DNA from: an uncultured delta proteobacterium
GTDB lineage: Bacteria > Desulfobacterota > Binatia > UBA9968
Direction of reading: 5' to 3'
Assembly: GCA_963755715.1 (NCBI GenBank)
Contig: CAVWLW010000050.1
Span: 64,001 to 128,000 of the forward strand
DNA length: 64,000 nucleotides
The position numbers and the translations under genes were made by a program. Positions 55,464-64,000 of the stretch are shown here, one piece after another. The notes under the pieces were generated by a model. The model did no database searches. It saw nothing but the letters and a program-made list of their open reading frames with translations, and was not told the DNA's origin. Position 1 is the first letter of the stretch, and each line of letters opens with the position of its first letter.

Positions 55464-56024
55464 ATGTTTTTATCACATCAAACAATTGAGAAGTACATTG
55501 ATGAAGGCAAAATCCTTATTGAGCCTGACTTTGATAAGAAAAATATACGCCCCGTCGGTATCCGTATCCATCTCGCCAAACATCTGCTTCTACCCGAGCC
55601 TAATCAGGTTGTAAGTCTAACGGTGGCGCAGGAACTCAAATATAAGGAAATCGATCTGACTACAGAGGACTTTCTATTGGAACCAGGGCAATTTGTTCTT
55701 GGAGCAAGTTATGAAGCGATACAAACTCCTCCAAACGTATTGGCCATTTTAGATGGGAGAAGCACGGTAGCTCGTCTCGGTCTTACCATTCATATAACCG
55801 CTTCTGTGATTGACGGAACATTCGAGACGCCACACGTCGCGGTGTTAGAAATCAAAAACCTGGGGAACTTTAAAATCAGATTAAACTTTAAAGATCCAGT
55901 AGCCATGATGCTTTTTGCAGAGTTAAAGGATCCTGTAACGCAAAAATTACAGACCCAATACGGTGGTGGTCAAAGCAAAGCAACTCCCCCGAATTTACGA
56001 TTTAGAACCGGCGATGATAAATAA
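55464..56024 (+). CDS. dcd: dCTP deaminase
   Basis: MFLS..I, LEPGQFVLG, GRSTVARLG, IDG.F, LEIKN. Confidence 0.85.
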   Translation: MFLSHQTIEKYIDEGKILIEPDFDKKNIRPVGIRIHLAKHLLLPEPNQVVSLTVAQELKYKEIDLTTEDFLLEPGQFVLGASYEAIQTPPNVLAILDGRSTVARLGLTIHITASVIDGTFETPHVAVLEIKNLGNFKIRLNFKDPVAMMLFAELKDPVTQKLQTQYGGGQSKATPPNLRFRTGDDK

Positions 56025-56364
56025 GTCATCTCGGTCACTCGAACGGAACGAAGCACATGGCACCTTGAGACAAAACTTTCCACCTTCGTCTCCGGTGCTC
56101 CGAAATAACCTTGCTCCTTCCAAAAAATTGTGAACCTTTGAATCTTCAATGGAAGTCCGGATCTGAAGGTTTTGATCGAAGCGCATCCTTCGATTTACTC
56201 AGAGCCCGTCCTGAGTTTTATCGAAGGAACGAGCGGATGTCCGGGCCGGTCATGGTGATTCCTCGATGGGCTCGGAACTGAAGGCCGTCGAGGAAGCCTG
56301 CCGTGAGGCTTCTCGAACGGCCGAACCATTGAACGACTGGAACGTTTTGAACAAATTTTTTGGT

Positions 56365-56424
56365 AACACGGTGAGTGATGTGCCAAATGTAACCAGGCAG
56401 AAAGTGGCGGTTGGCGCGTGGCAT
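56365..56424 (-). pseudogene. RAYT-type transposase N-terminal stub
   Basis: MPRANRHFLPGYIWHITHR, truncated by GAAC repeats; GGTCCGACCC lies upstream at 56526. Confidence 0.7.
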
Positions 56425-56639
56425 CGTTTTTATTAGAGGTCGCTTTTGGCTTGAAAAATCCACCGCTGAGCTCTTAAACGATGCTTTCTACGCTATGTTC
56501 TATTGTCAAATCAAGATGTTGCCGTGGTCCGACCCGGCGCTTTATTGCTCTTGCCTTCGTCCGACGGATGTTGTTGAATCCCAATCGAGAAAAGGAGATC
56601 ACGGTCGGAGCCAAGCCTGGTTTCGCTGTGAGATTGGCT

Positions 56640-57132
56640 ATGAAAACTGTCAGAATCATTGCTCTGATCGCACTGATCGCTATCCCTAGCTCGTCTTACG
56701 CCTGGTCTGCGAGGCGGAGCGGTCGTCGTTAGACCCGGTTTTTCCAGCGGGGTCGTTGTCGCCAGACCTGGTTTCGCCAATGGCGTCGTTTTCGTCAGAC
56801 CCGCATTTCCCGGACGCTTTGTCGCGGGCCGAGTCGTCGTCAATCCGGTTTTCTATCCCTGGCCCTATTATTTTTCTTCACCCTACATTTATTACTATCC
56901 GTCGAGCTATTACTATCCGTCGAGCTCAGTTTATTCTTACCCTTATACTGTACCACCCTCGACCCCGTCCGCGCCGACTCCACGTGGCGCCTACGATCGC
57001 GGCTACGCCGAGGGGTACTCGCAGGGTTACGAAGAGGCTCTGAAAGCGCGCGACAAAGAACGCTACGAGGAAGGGAAAAAACAGGGCTACGAACAAGGCT
57101 ATGAGGCCGGCAAAGAAGCTCCGAACCCCTGA
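56640..57132 (+). CDS. secreted Tyr/Pro-rich hypothetical protein, frameshifted
   Basis: Signal peptide MKTVRIIALIALIAIPSSSYA; (V)RPGF repeats; YYYPSS x2; GY.EGY repeats. Confidence 0.55.
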
Positions 57133-57210
57133 TCCACTGTCGTCCCGCGAATTAGAAATAACTCGCAGTTCATAGCGCTAGTTATAGTCGTCGGCCATGA
57201 GCTGAGGCCA

Positions 57211-57370
57211 TTAAAAAGGGGAGCAGCTACTTTTCTTTTCGATCCTACGTCTACCGCGTGCACGTAATGCGCTTGCGAGTCCGAATCTCATCGCGATTTG
57301 CGCTTGCCAATCTTTCCTTCCGAACGGTCTCTGTCGATTGACGTCACGGATTACACGGCGGATGTGGCAT
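57211..57370 (-). pseudogene. RAYT-type transposase C-terminal relic
   Basis: IRDVNRQRPFGRKDWQ..IA.RFGLASALRARGR ending in AAAAGTAGCTGCTCCCC. Confidence 0.7.
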
Positions 57371-57959
57371 TGAATGACCGGGAGCGCTGGGGTCACGGCA
57401 CAGCGCTGGAGTCAGGCATGAGTTGTTGACTTAATCCTAAGCAAACGCTGCAGCTCCGACTCTGATCGCTTGTCCCGTGCCGCCGCGTAGGCCGCGTGCA
57501 ATCGGCTGACGATACTGAAAAACCGCTGGTCCGAATTACGAGACCAGATGAGAACACGATACATTAATGCGATGCTACCCGAGGTGAACAAAGCCTTGCA
57601 GCGACGAGCAATGCTTGAACCTAGATATGAAACCGAGTGGGGCTTTCGTGTCAAATCGAAAGGGGAGCAGGCAATCGCAAACGCATTGCGATTCTACACG
57701 ATAACCGACCCAAACACGCTTGAGTGTAAGAGAATTACTCTTTTATATGAACCTTTGTTTCGCATTCCTGACACCAACAAGCGGCCGCCATTCGCCTACA
57801 AGGCTTCGATATCCGGAAGCGGCGGCTCAGCATTCTGGGGCTTGGTGGACAGCCCGATTCAAAGGCAGATATCGTTGACGATCACCAAGACTTGGTAGGC
57901 AAGCTGAAGGCGGAATTCTGAGATTCACGCGTCTCGTTCACACGACTAGGGAGGAAAAG

Positions 57960-58526
57960 ATGAGTTCAGGGATTTTTCGGTTCTTCGGCGCCTCTGTCGC
58001 CACGATGTTGTTTGTTGGCTTCGCCTTGGCCCCAACACCGGCGCCGGCGCAGGGCCTGCAATGTGCCAGCAATCCTTTGATCGGGACGTGGCGACTGAAT
58101 CTTCAGAAATCCACGATCACCCGGAACAACGGTGTAATCGAACCGCGCATCATGATCATCGCTCCGTTTGGAGATAACGGAATCACGGAAGTGTTCATCA
58201 ACGACCGTGACCCACGCCTAGTGGGACGGTGGGAGATGTGGTCGGTGCAGTTCGACGGGAAGCCATACCCCACCAAAGGCGGTGATCCGCGTCAGATGCG
58301 CTGGACACGGATTGACTGCAACACCTTTCAGCACGAGACCTTACGCCAGCTCTATTACAATCTGCCGGGCGGCACCGTGAAAGAATACGTCCCTGAGGGT
58401 CGCGTCAGCTCCGGAGGGCGTATTACCGTCTCTGCTGATGGAAAAACGCTCACCAATAAACACACAGGAACACTGGGCAACCAGACGCGGTATGAGGATG
58501 AAATCCTCGTCTTTGACAGGCAGTAG
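57960..58526 (+). CDS. secreted hypothetical protein (lipocalin-like beta barrel)
   Basis: Signal peptide; NPLIGTWRLN..KS; FDGKPYP; VSADGKTLT...VFDRQ; GGAGG RBS. Confidence 0.75.
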   Translation: MSSGIFRFFGASVATMLFVGFALAPTPAPAQGLQCASNPLIGTWRLNLQKSTITRNNGVIEPRIMIIAPFGDNGITEVFINDRDPRLVGRWEMWSVQFDGKPYPTKGGDPRQMRWTRIDCNTFQHETLRQLYYNLPGGTVKEYVPEGRVSSGGRITVSADGKTLTNKHTGTLGNQTRYEDEILVFDRQ

Positions 58527-58799
58527 GCGGGCACCAGCTCAGTCGCGCGAAGACGCGTGAGTGCTACGCCGGCGGACGCGCGCCGTAGGCGCGGCATGCC
58601 GCCATTTCTGCGAACTAACGATGGCGTGTCCGGTTTGCATCACAATTTTCGGGACAATTTCGGGACAATTTACACGCATTATTAGCACTGATTCACACCG
58701 CCTTGCACATGGGGCGACATGAGCGAAACACAAACAAAAACGTCGGCTTCCGAAGAATACCGCCGTTTGTTCGAGGGTTAGCTTGAAACCGGCTCGCTA

Positions 58800-58845
58800 G
58801 CCTTTCACGCCGATAACACGGGTTCAAATCCCGTCGGGGACGCCA
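58800..58845 (+). pseudogene. 3' half of tRNA-Glu(TTC), att-site remnant
   Basis: CTTTCAC anticodon loop, ACGGGTTCAAATCCCGT T-arm and GGGGACGCCA end; no matching 5' acceptor strand or D arm upstream. Confidence 0.8.
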
Positions 58846-59162
58846 AATTCCTCCTTCATTTACACGCTTCGCATTTGCAAAATCATCCTCTGAAATTTCA
58901 GTTTTCATTTCAGTTTCGGCCAAGAGGAAAACTTCTACGTTCCGGAGCCTACCGGCGACGCCAGTCAATCTATCCTTATGATAAAATCCCGGTTCACCCA
59001 AAAGTTCCAACCATCTACGCTGTTGATCGCCATTCCTCTGATGTCACGATCACGAAACACGACCACGATTTCCCAAAACATTAGGGATCCCAGTTGACGA
59101 CAGTTTGCAGGCGCGTGTGGCGTGGCGCGACTTGCGACCGCTGGCGACCCTCGTGGCGCTCG

Positions 59163-59843
59163 TCAAGGCCGCGTAAAAACGATCGGTCCGATAAACGACT
59201 CGGCGCTGGAGCGCGTATCGTCCGAATCGATCCCGAGCGAGAGGGCGTTAGGGTTGTTCGGCGCTTCGCCATAGATCTTACGGAAGTCTTCGACGACATT
59301 GCGGCGCTCGGTAATCCATTTGCCGAGTTCGTCGGCGCCCGAGCGCAGCACGACATAAGTCACCGTGGAGGTCTTCTCGCTCTTGCAGATCGTGCCAGCC
59401 GGCGCTGTCGAATCCCAAACATAGCCGATGATGCGTGAGCGCACGGCCTCGGGCGTGCGCAGCCACGCGACGTAAACCTGCGCGGCCTCGTCGTCGGTCG
59501 ACTTGTGGCAGGCATTGCCGCCGGTGGGAAGCGTCATAACCTTCCATCTCCACTCGATGATCGGCGTCTCTTTGAGATCGACCGAAGCTTTGAGGTCGCG
59601 AATGATCGCGGAAGTTTCACCCTTGCTCCTCAGGTGCAGGACCGGCTGACCGTCGTCCGAAACGATCTCGAGGTCGTAGGCGGGCTTTCCCCAGGTCTGC
59701 TCCTTCCAGTCGCGCGGAATGCCCCGCGTACCGTGCGGATACGAGCGCCAGTCCTCGACGACGACGCGATCGGCTGCCCACGCGGTGGCAACCACGGCGC
59801 AGGCGACGGCTAAAACGACGCGGCGCGCACGAGTCGAATTCAT
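59163..59843 (-). CDS. DUF3047 family secreted protein
   Basis: P.IEWRWKV..LP, DD.AAQVYV, YVW, GKW.TERRNV.EDF...YG, DSDDT. Confidence 0.85.
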   Translation of the reverse strand: MNSTRARRVVLAVACAVVATAWAADRVVVEDWRSYPHGTRGIPRDWKEQTWGKPAYDLEIVSDDGQPVLHLRSKGETSAIIRDLKASVDLKETPIIEWRWKVMTLPTGGNACHKSTDDEAAQVYVAWLRTPEAVRSRIIGYVWDSTAPAGTICKSEKTSTVTYVVLRSGADELGKWITERRNVVEDFRKIYGEAPNNPNALSLGIDSDDTRSSAESFIGPIVFTRP

Positions 59844-59907
59844 GGCAAAGTTTTCATGTCCTGCGCAAATTTTCCGGCGGCTAGACTAGTGTATCCCCAA
59901 GAAAAAA

Positions 59908-59973
59908 CTCACCGCGGAGGGACAGAGGACGCTGCGAATGAGAGTAAAAAATCCTCTGCGCCTCTGTGGTGAA
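59908..59973. repeat. REP-like inverted repeat (CACCGCGGAGG...CCTCTGTGGTG)
   Basis: Imperfect palindrome; a half-copy CTCACCGCGGAGG also occurs at 37324. Confidence 0.5.
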
Positions 59974-60304
59974 TTATCCTTACGGAACGTTCTTGGTCGC
60001 GGCTCAGCCGCACTGGGGCTTATAGTTCTAGCATTCCCGGGAGGCGAGGACGGTTCAAGGCCAGAAAGAAAAAAATTTCTAGGTCAAATCTTTTACTGTC
60101 CAGCCTACTGCATCGGGAACGACATGATTGCGGTTGGGGGAAAGGATAAGGGCGAAGGGATAAAGGATAAAACCGTGATCGTGATTCGTGATCGTGTCCG
60201 GAAAGCACGTTTTGAGAATTCTCAAAACGTCAAAATGGCGGCGATCAGCCTGAGGCGCCGAATCGGCACCTCAGGTCTGATTTGGGTCTTTGGAAAGCTT
60301 GCGT

Positions 60305-60865
60305 CTATTTGGCTGCGATTGCGAGTTGGGACATCTTCAGCGCGACGCCAAGCGGCAATGGATTATCGCCGGTACTTAGGGCCGTGCCCAATCTTTCGAT
60401 CTCCCACGATGAGACCTTTTCACTGGGGGCAGGGGCTTCTTTTGCGGCGGTCTGCAATTTATCGGCCTGGGGCAGTTTGATCAGGTATTTGACATTGTTC
60501 CCGTCGCTTAGAGTCACCGAGAGAACCATCTGTTTGCCTTCTTCGGTGGCCAAGGTTTGAAGCCCGGCGATTCGAGTCGAAAGGCTGGTCTTGTTCACGG
60601 TATCCGCATAGAGCCAGATGAAGGCACCGATGAAGGAGGCCACCACCAACCAGCCATACTGGCCAACCCGTTTCTGGCGCTTTATCGACCGGCTTCTCTG
60701 TTGATCGAAGAATTTGCGGTAGGATTCCTTTTCCGCCGTTAGTCTCTTGACTGTATCTTGCTCCGTGGAACTCGGCGGTTGATTGAAACCGAGGTCCCAG
60801 CTGTTCAGTATCATTCCCAGGATCAGCAACCCCATTGGAACAGCGATTATAATTAGAGGATTCAT
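60305..60865 (-). CDS. hypothetical membrane protein (2 TM)
   Basis: 186-aa ORF with AAGGAGAG RBS and two hydrophobic helices. Confidence 0.65.
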   Translation of the reverse strand: MNPLIIIAVPMGLLILGMILNSWDLGFNQPPSSTEQDTVKRLTAEKESYRKFFDQQRSRSIKRQKRVGQYGWLVVASFIGAFIWLYADTVNKTSLSTRIAGLQTLATEEGKQMVLSVTLSDGNNVKYLIKLPQADKLQTAAKEAPAPSEKVSSWEIERLGTALSTGDNPLPLGVALKMSQLAIAAK

Positions 60866-61317
60866 AACTCTCCTTTTTCAGGCTCTACTGAGCCTTTGGA
60901 TATTGGAAGAGGGAGGGATCTGAACCGGGTTTACGTTCGCTGCCGAACCAAAGCGGAAGTCCATGCCACCGTTGGGTATGGGGACGGACCTACTACCTCT
61001 TGCGCGCCATTACAGCTCTCGCCTTTACCAAATAAGCTTAACCATTGGCGGCGGTGATTGCTGTCTAATATTGGACAATGTTGAAAAGAATTATCGCTAA
61101 GGTCTGGAGGTCGATTCAAAGGTTCAAGCCCCCTAGTCGGTCGCCACGTTCATTACGGGGAGATCGGGTCCGTTCATGGGTTCGATCCTTCGGACAGCCT
61201 CAGAACAGGCTAAGCTCACCATGAACGGAATAATTTGCACGAACTCCCTAACCGGAGGGAGCCTTCCACGTTTCCGGAATTGCGGAAACATGGAAATTAA
61301 CTCTCCGGCCGGATAAG

Positions 61318-61476
61318 TCAGGGTTTTTCGGCGACCACCTTGCCGTTTTTCCAGACGTAGACGGGAGTGCCATACATACGCGCGGTCTTGCGCGCCGTCT
61401 TGGCCGCGCGGCGGAGAGCGCGGCCGACGGCGAGAGTTAGCGGTGACGGTACGATTTTCTTGGTTTGTGACTTCAT
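61318..61476 (-). CDS. small basic protein (52 aa), putative antitoxin partner of the zeta-like toxin
   Basis: MKSQTKK...VGRALRRAAKTARKTARMYGTPVYVWKNGKVVAEKP; ATGA overlap with the upstream gene's stop. Confidence 0.7.
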   Translation of the reverse strand: MKSQTKKIVPSPLTLAVGRALRRAAKTARKTARMYGTPVYVWKNGKVVAEKP

Positions 61477-62003
61477 GGTCCCTGCTCTATAACTTTGGGT
61501 ACATCACTGGAATTATCATACACCGTCCACTCATCCGCTAAAAGTCGATAAGACTTTTGAAGATTGATCCAGCTTCGCGTGAACCGGCGCAACACATCTC
61601 TGCGCGGCACGTTATGGCCGCCTTGTCTGACGCGAGCGGCGATACGCCGGAGCGCGAGTTGTGGGGATGAGATCCACAGATATACAATTTCGATTCGCCA
61701 GCCGGCCGCTTTCCAGCGCTTCAACCGTCTCATGTAGGTAAGTCCGCTCAGCGTGCTCTCAAAGGCGAAATCTTCTCTGGCTCGCGCGAGCCGGTCCAGT
61801 TCACGCAGAAATAAGCGGCCCGCGGCCAGCGCCGCGAGTTCCGGTCGCAACGGAGAGAGTCCGCTAGCAATGAGATCCGGATTGATGAAATGGACGACGC
61901 CTGCCTCCTTGGATAAAAACTCGCGCGCAAAAGTCGTTTTTCCCGCTCCATTCGGTCCGGCGATGATGATGCAACGTGGAGATGAACCCGCTGACTTATT
62001 CAT
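61473..62003 (-). CDS. zeta-toxin-like P-loop kinase/ATPase
   Basis: IAGPNGAGKTT, INPDLIA, FAFESTLSG, RVRQGGH, VYDNS. Confidence 0.9.
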   Translation of the reverse strand: MNKSAGSSPRCIIIAGPNGAGKTTFAREFLSKEAGVVHFINPDLIASGLSPLRPELAALAAGRLFLRELDRLARAREDFAFESTLSGLTYMRRLKRWKAAGWRIEIVYLWISSPQLALRRIAARVRQGGHNVPRRDVLRRFTRSWINLQKSYRLLADEWTVYDNSSDVPKVIEQGP

Positions 62004-62307
62004 GGTTAGCAGCGATTCTAGTGACGGCGTGATAGTGACGCAAGACAGAACGCCGTCAGGTTTCGAGAATTCTCGAAATGTCGAAAGGTTTAACGATAAC
62101 TGCCCCGGCGAAGGAGGTTCTAATCTCGTCGTGATTGCCGAGGAACGAAACGAAAAGCTCGGCGCCTCGGTCTCTTGGACGCTAAAGACCAGGAAGAGGA
62201 AAACTCCCACGCTTCGGAAATTCTCGAACCGCCAAACGGCGAGCTACGTCAGATCCGTGGCTCTGCTACCTTGACCCATTTTTACGTAACCGATATTCTT
62301 CGATTTT

Positions 62308-62781
62308 ATGAAACAAACTATCCGAGTCACTATTAACGGCCGGCTTTATGAAGAAGACGTCGAGCCGCGTGTTTTGCTCGCGCATTTTTTGCGCGAGAAT
62401 ATCGGTCTTACCGGCACTCACATCGGCTGCGTGATCGGCGAGTGCGGCGCGTGCTCTGTGCTGCTCGACGGCAAAGTGGTGAAATCCTGTCTCCATTTTG
62501 CCGTGCAAGCGGACGGACGCGAAGTGACGACGATCGAAGGCTTGGCCAAAAACGGCGAGCTCAATCCGGTGCAGGAAGCGTTCGTAAAAAATTACGCCTT
62601 TCAATGCGGTTACTGCACGCCGGGCATGGTCATGACGAGTTACGCGCTCCTCCAGACAAATTCCGATCCGAGCGACGCTGAGATTCGCAAAGCGTTGGCG
62701 GGCAATCTCTGCATGTGCACGGGTTACGTGCAGATCGTCGACGCCGTAAAAGACGCGGCAAAGGGAATGAAAAATGGCTAA
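62308..62781 (+). CDS. (2Fe-2S)-binding subunit, CoxS/CutS family
   Basis: GCVIGECGAC, QCGYCTPG, NLCMCTGY. Confidence 0.95.
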   Translation: MKQTIRVTINGRLYEEDVEPRVLLAHFLRENIGLTGTHIGCVIGECGACSVLLDGKVVKSCLHFAVQADGREVTTIEGLAKNGELNPVQEAFVKNYAFQCGYCTPGMVMTSYALLQTNSDPSDAEIRKALAGNLCMCTGYVQIVDAVKDAAKGMKNG

Positions 62782-64000
62782 GTTCATCGGCGCTCGCAGC
62801 CGCAGCAAAGAAGGCCCGCGCCACGTTACCGGCCGGGGACTTTTTACTGACGACTTCATATTGCCGGGCATGCTGCAGGCGATGATCCTGCGGAGCCCGC
62901 ACGCGCACGCCAAAATCTTATCCGTGGATCCGTCGGATGCGCTGAAAAATCCCAACGTCATGGCGGTAATCACGCCGGACGACGTCAAGCAACTCACGAA
63001 ACCGTTTAAGCCGGGACGATACGCCGCCGGCTTGAAGCGGCCCATCGATGAATACGCCGGCGCAGTGGAGAAAGTCCGCTACGTCGGTGAGCCCATCGGC
63101 GCCGTGGCGGCGCGCGATCGCGGCACGGCGGAAGACGCCCTCGAATTGATCCAAGTCGAATACGACCCTCTGCGCGCGGTAGTCGACGTGCGCGAGGCGA
63201 TCAAGCCATCGTCGGCCACGCTGTTCGATGAATTGGGCACCAACCTGGCCTGGACGGGGTCGCTGCAGTACGGCGACATCGACGCCGCGTTCAAATCCGC
63301 CGATCGCGTCGTCAAGGAAAATCTCAAAATCCACCGCTACAGCTCGACGCCGCTCGAACCGTTCGTCGTGATTGCGTCCTATGACGCCGCGAGCAAGCGC
63401 TTGACCGTTTGGGTGACGGCGCAGGTTCCGGAAGTGATTTACGACGGCGTGCGCGAAGCGCTCGGCTTGCAGGATGTCCGCGTAATCATACCCGACGTCG
63501 GCGGCGGCTTCGGCCAGAAGATTCATTTGATTCGCAAGTACGTCGTGTTGGTTTCACTCTTGGCGATGAAAAGCGGCCGGCCGGTCAAATGGATCGAAGA
63601 CCGCAGCGAGCACATGATGGCCGGCGGCCACGCCTGCGCCCAGGAATTCGAAGCCGAGGCGGCGGTCAAAAACGACGGCACCGTGCTCGGGCTGCGCTTC
63701 AATGAATACGACGACGTCGGCGGCTCGATCAGCACCTTGACGATCCATTTCACCAACAAGCTGAATAACCTTTCCAACACTTACCGCACGCCGGCGATTC
63801 ACATGATCGGCAATGCAGTGGTCACGAACAAGTGCCCGGTGATTCCGAACCGCGGCATCGGCAAACCCGGCATGTGCTACATCTGGGAGCGCATGATGGA
63901 TCGGGTCGCGCAGGAATTGAACCTGAGCCCGATCGAAGTGCGGCGCAAAAATTTGATTCAACCGAACGAGATGCCCTATCGCACCATCAGCGGCAACGTG
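62774..64000 (+). CDS. xanthine dehydrogenase/CoxL-family molybdopterin-binding subunit, runs off the window end
   Basis: MAKFIG..., LRSPHAHA, KVRYVGEP, VGGGFGQK, PVKWIEDR.E, PNRGIG. Confidence 0.92.
   Translation, partial: MAKFIGARSRSKEGPRHVTGRGLFTDDFILPGMLQAMILRSPHAHAKILSVDPSDALKNPNVMAVITPDDVKQLTKPFKPGRYAAGLKRPIDEYAGAVEKVRYVGEPIGAVAARDRGTAEDALELIQVEYDPLRAVVDVREAIKPSSATLFDELGTNLAWTGSLQYGDIDAAFKSADRVVKENLKIHRYSSTPLEPFVVIASYDAASKRLTVWVTAQVPEVIYDGVREALGLQDVRVIIPDVGGGFGQKIHLIRKYVVLVSLLAMKSGRPVKWIEDRSEHMMAGGHACAQEFEAEAAVKNDGTVLGLRFNEYDDVGGSISTLTIHFTNKLNNLSNTYRTPAIHMIGNAVVTNKCPVIPNRGIGKPGMCYIWERMMDRVAQELNLSPIEVRRKNLIQPNEMPYRTISGNV

Noticed and set aside
58770-58845. Complete tRNA-Glu gene
   Set aside because: There is no 5' acceptor strand or D arm, and the anticodon stem cannot form.
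17344-61300. Classical integron cassette array
   Set aside because: No IntI tyrosine recombinase, no clear attC sites, and the genes are in mixed orientations.
62308-64000. Aerobic CO dehydrogenase (form I)
   Set aside because: The active-site loop is PNRGIG rather than AYxCSFR, so only family-level assignment is justified.

Overview
GC-rich bacterial DNA. The gene repertoire (xanthine-dehydrogenase-family Mo enzymes, TctC and NitT/TauT binding proteins, NRPS) is compatible with a soil Binatia/Deltaproteobacteria-like genome, which is an inference only. Many genes carry single-base frameshifts, from long-read error and/or decay. The window is an accessory mosaic: the 3' end of an NRPS (C-A-T-C) followed by an alpha/beta hydrolase, scattered catabolic and transport genes, three zeta-like TA loci, a TIR-TM-discoidin gene, an FG-GAP repeat protein, an ICL2-type isocitrate lyase and a tRNA-Glu att remnant. 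These are separated by one intact REP-associated (HUH/Y1, RAYT-type) transposase, about 11 relics of such genes, and their terminal motifs. The main finding is an IS110 element (37381-38983) whose bridge RNA can be read from the sequence. Its target-loop guides TGGGGTC and AGTCTGA match the GGGGTC^AGAC motif found at RAYT gene ends, its donor-loop guides match its own ends, and circularisation would create a TTGAAA-N17-TACCAT promoter. A second, transposase-less copy of its left end and target loop (20167-20303, minus strand) carries an altered left target guide, and an empty target site lies at 19196. An IS3 element has also inserted into a RAYT-end motif.
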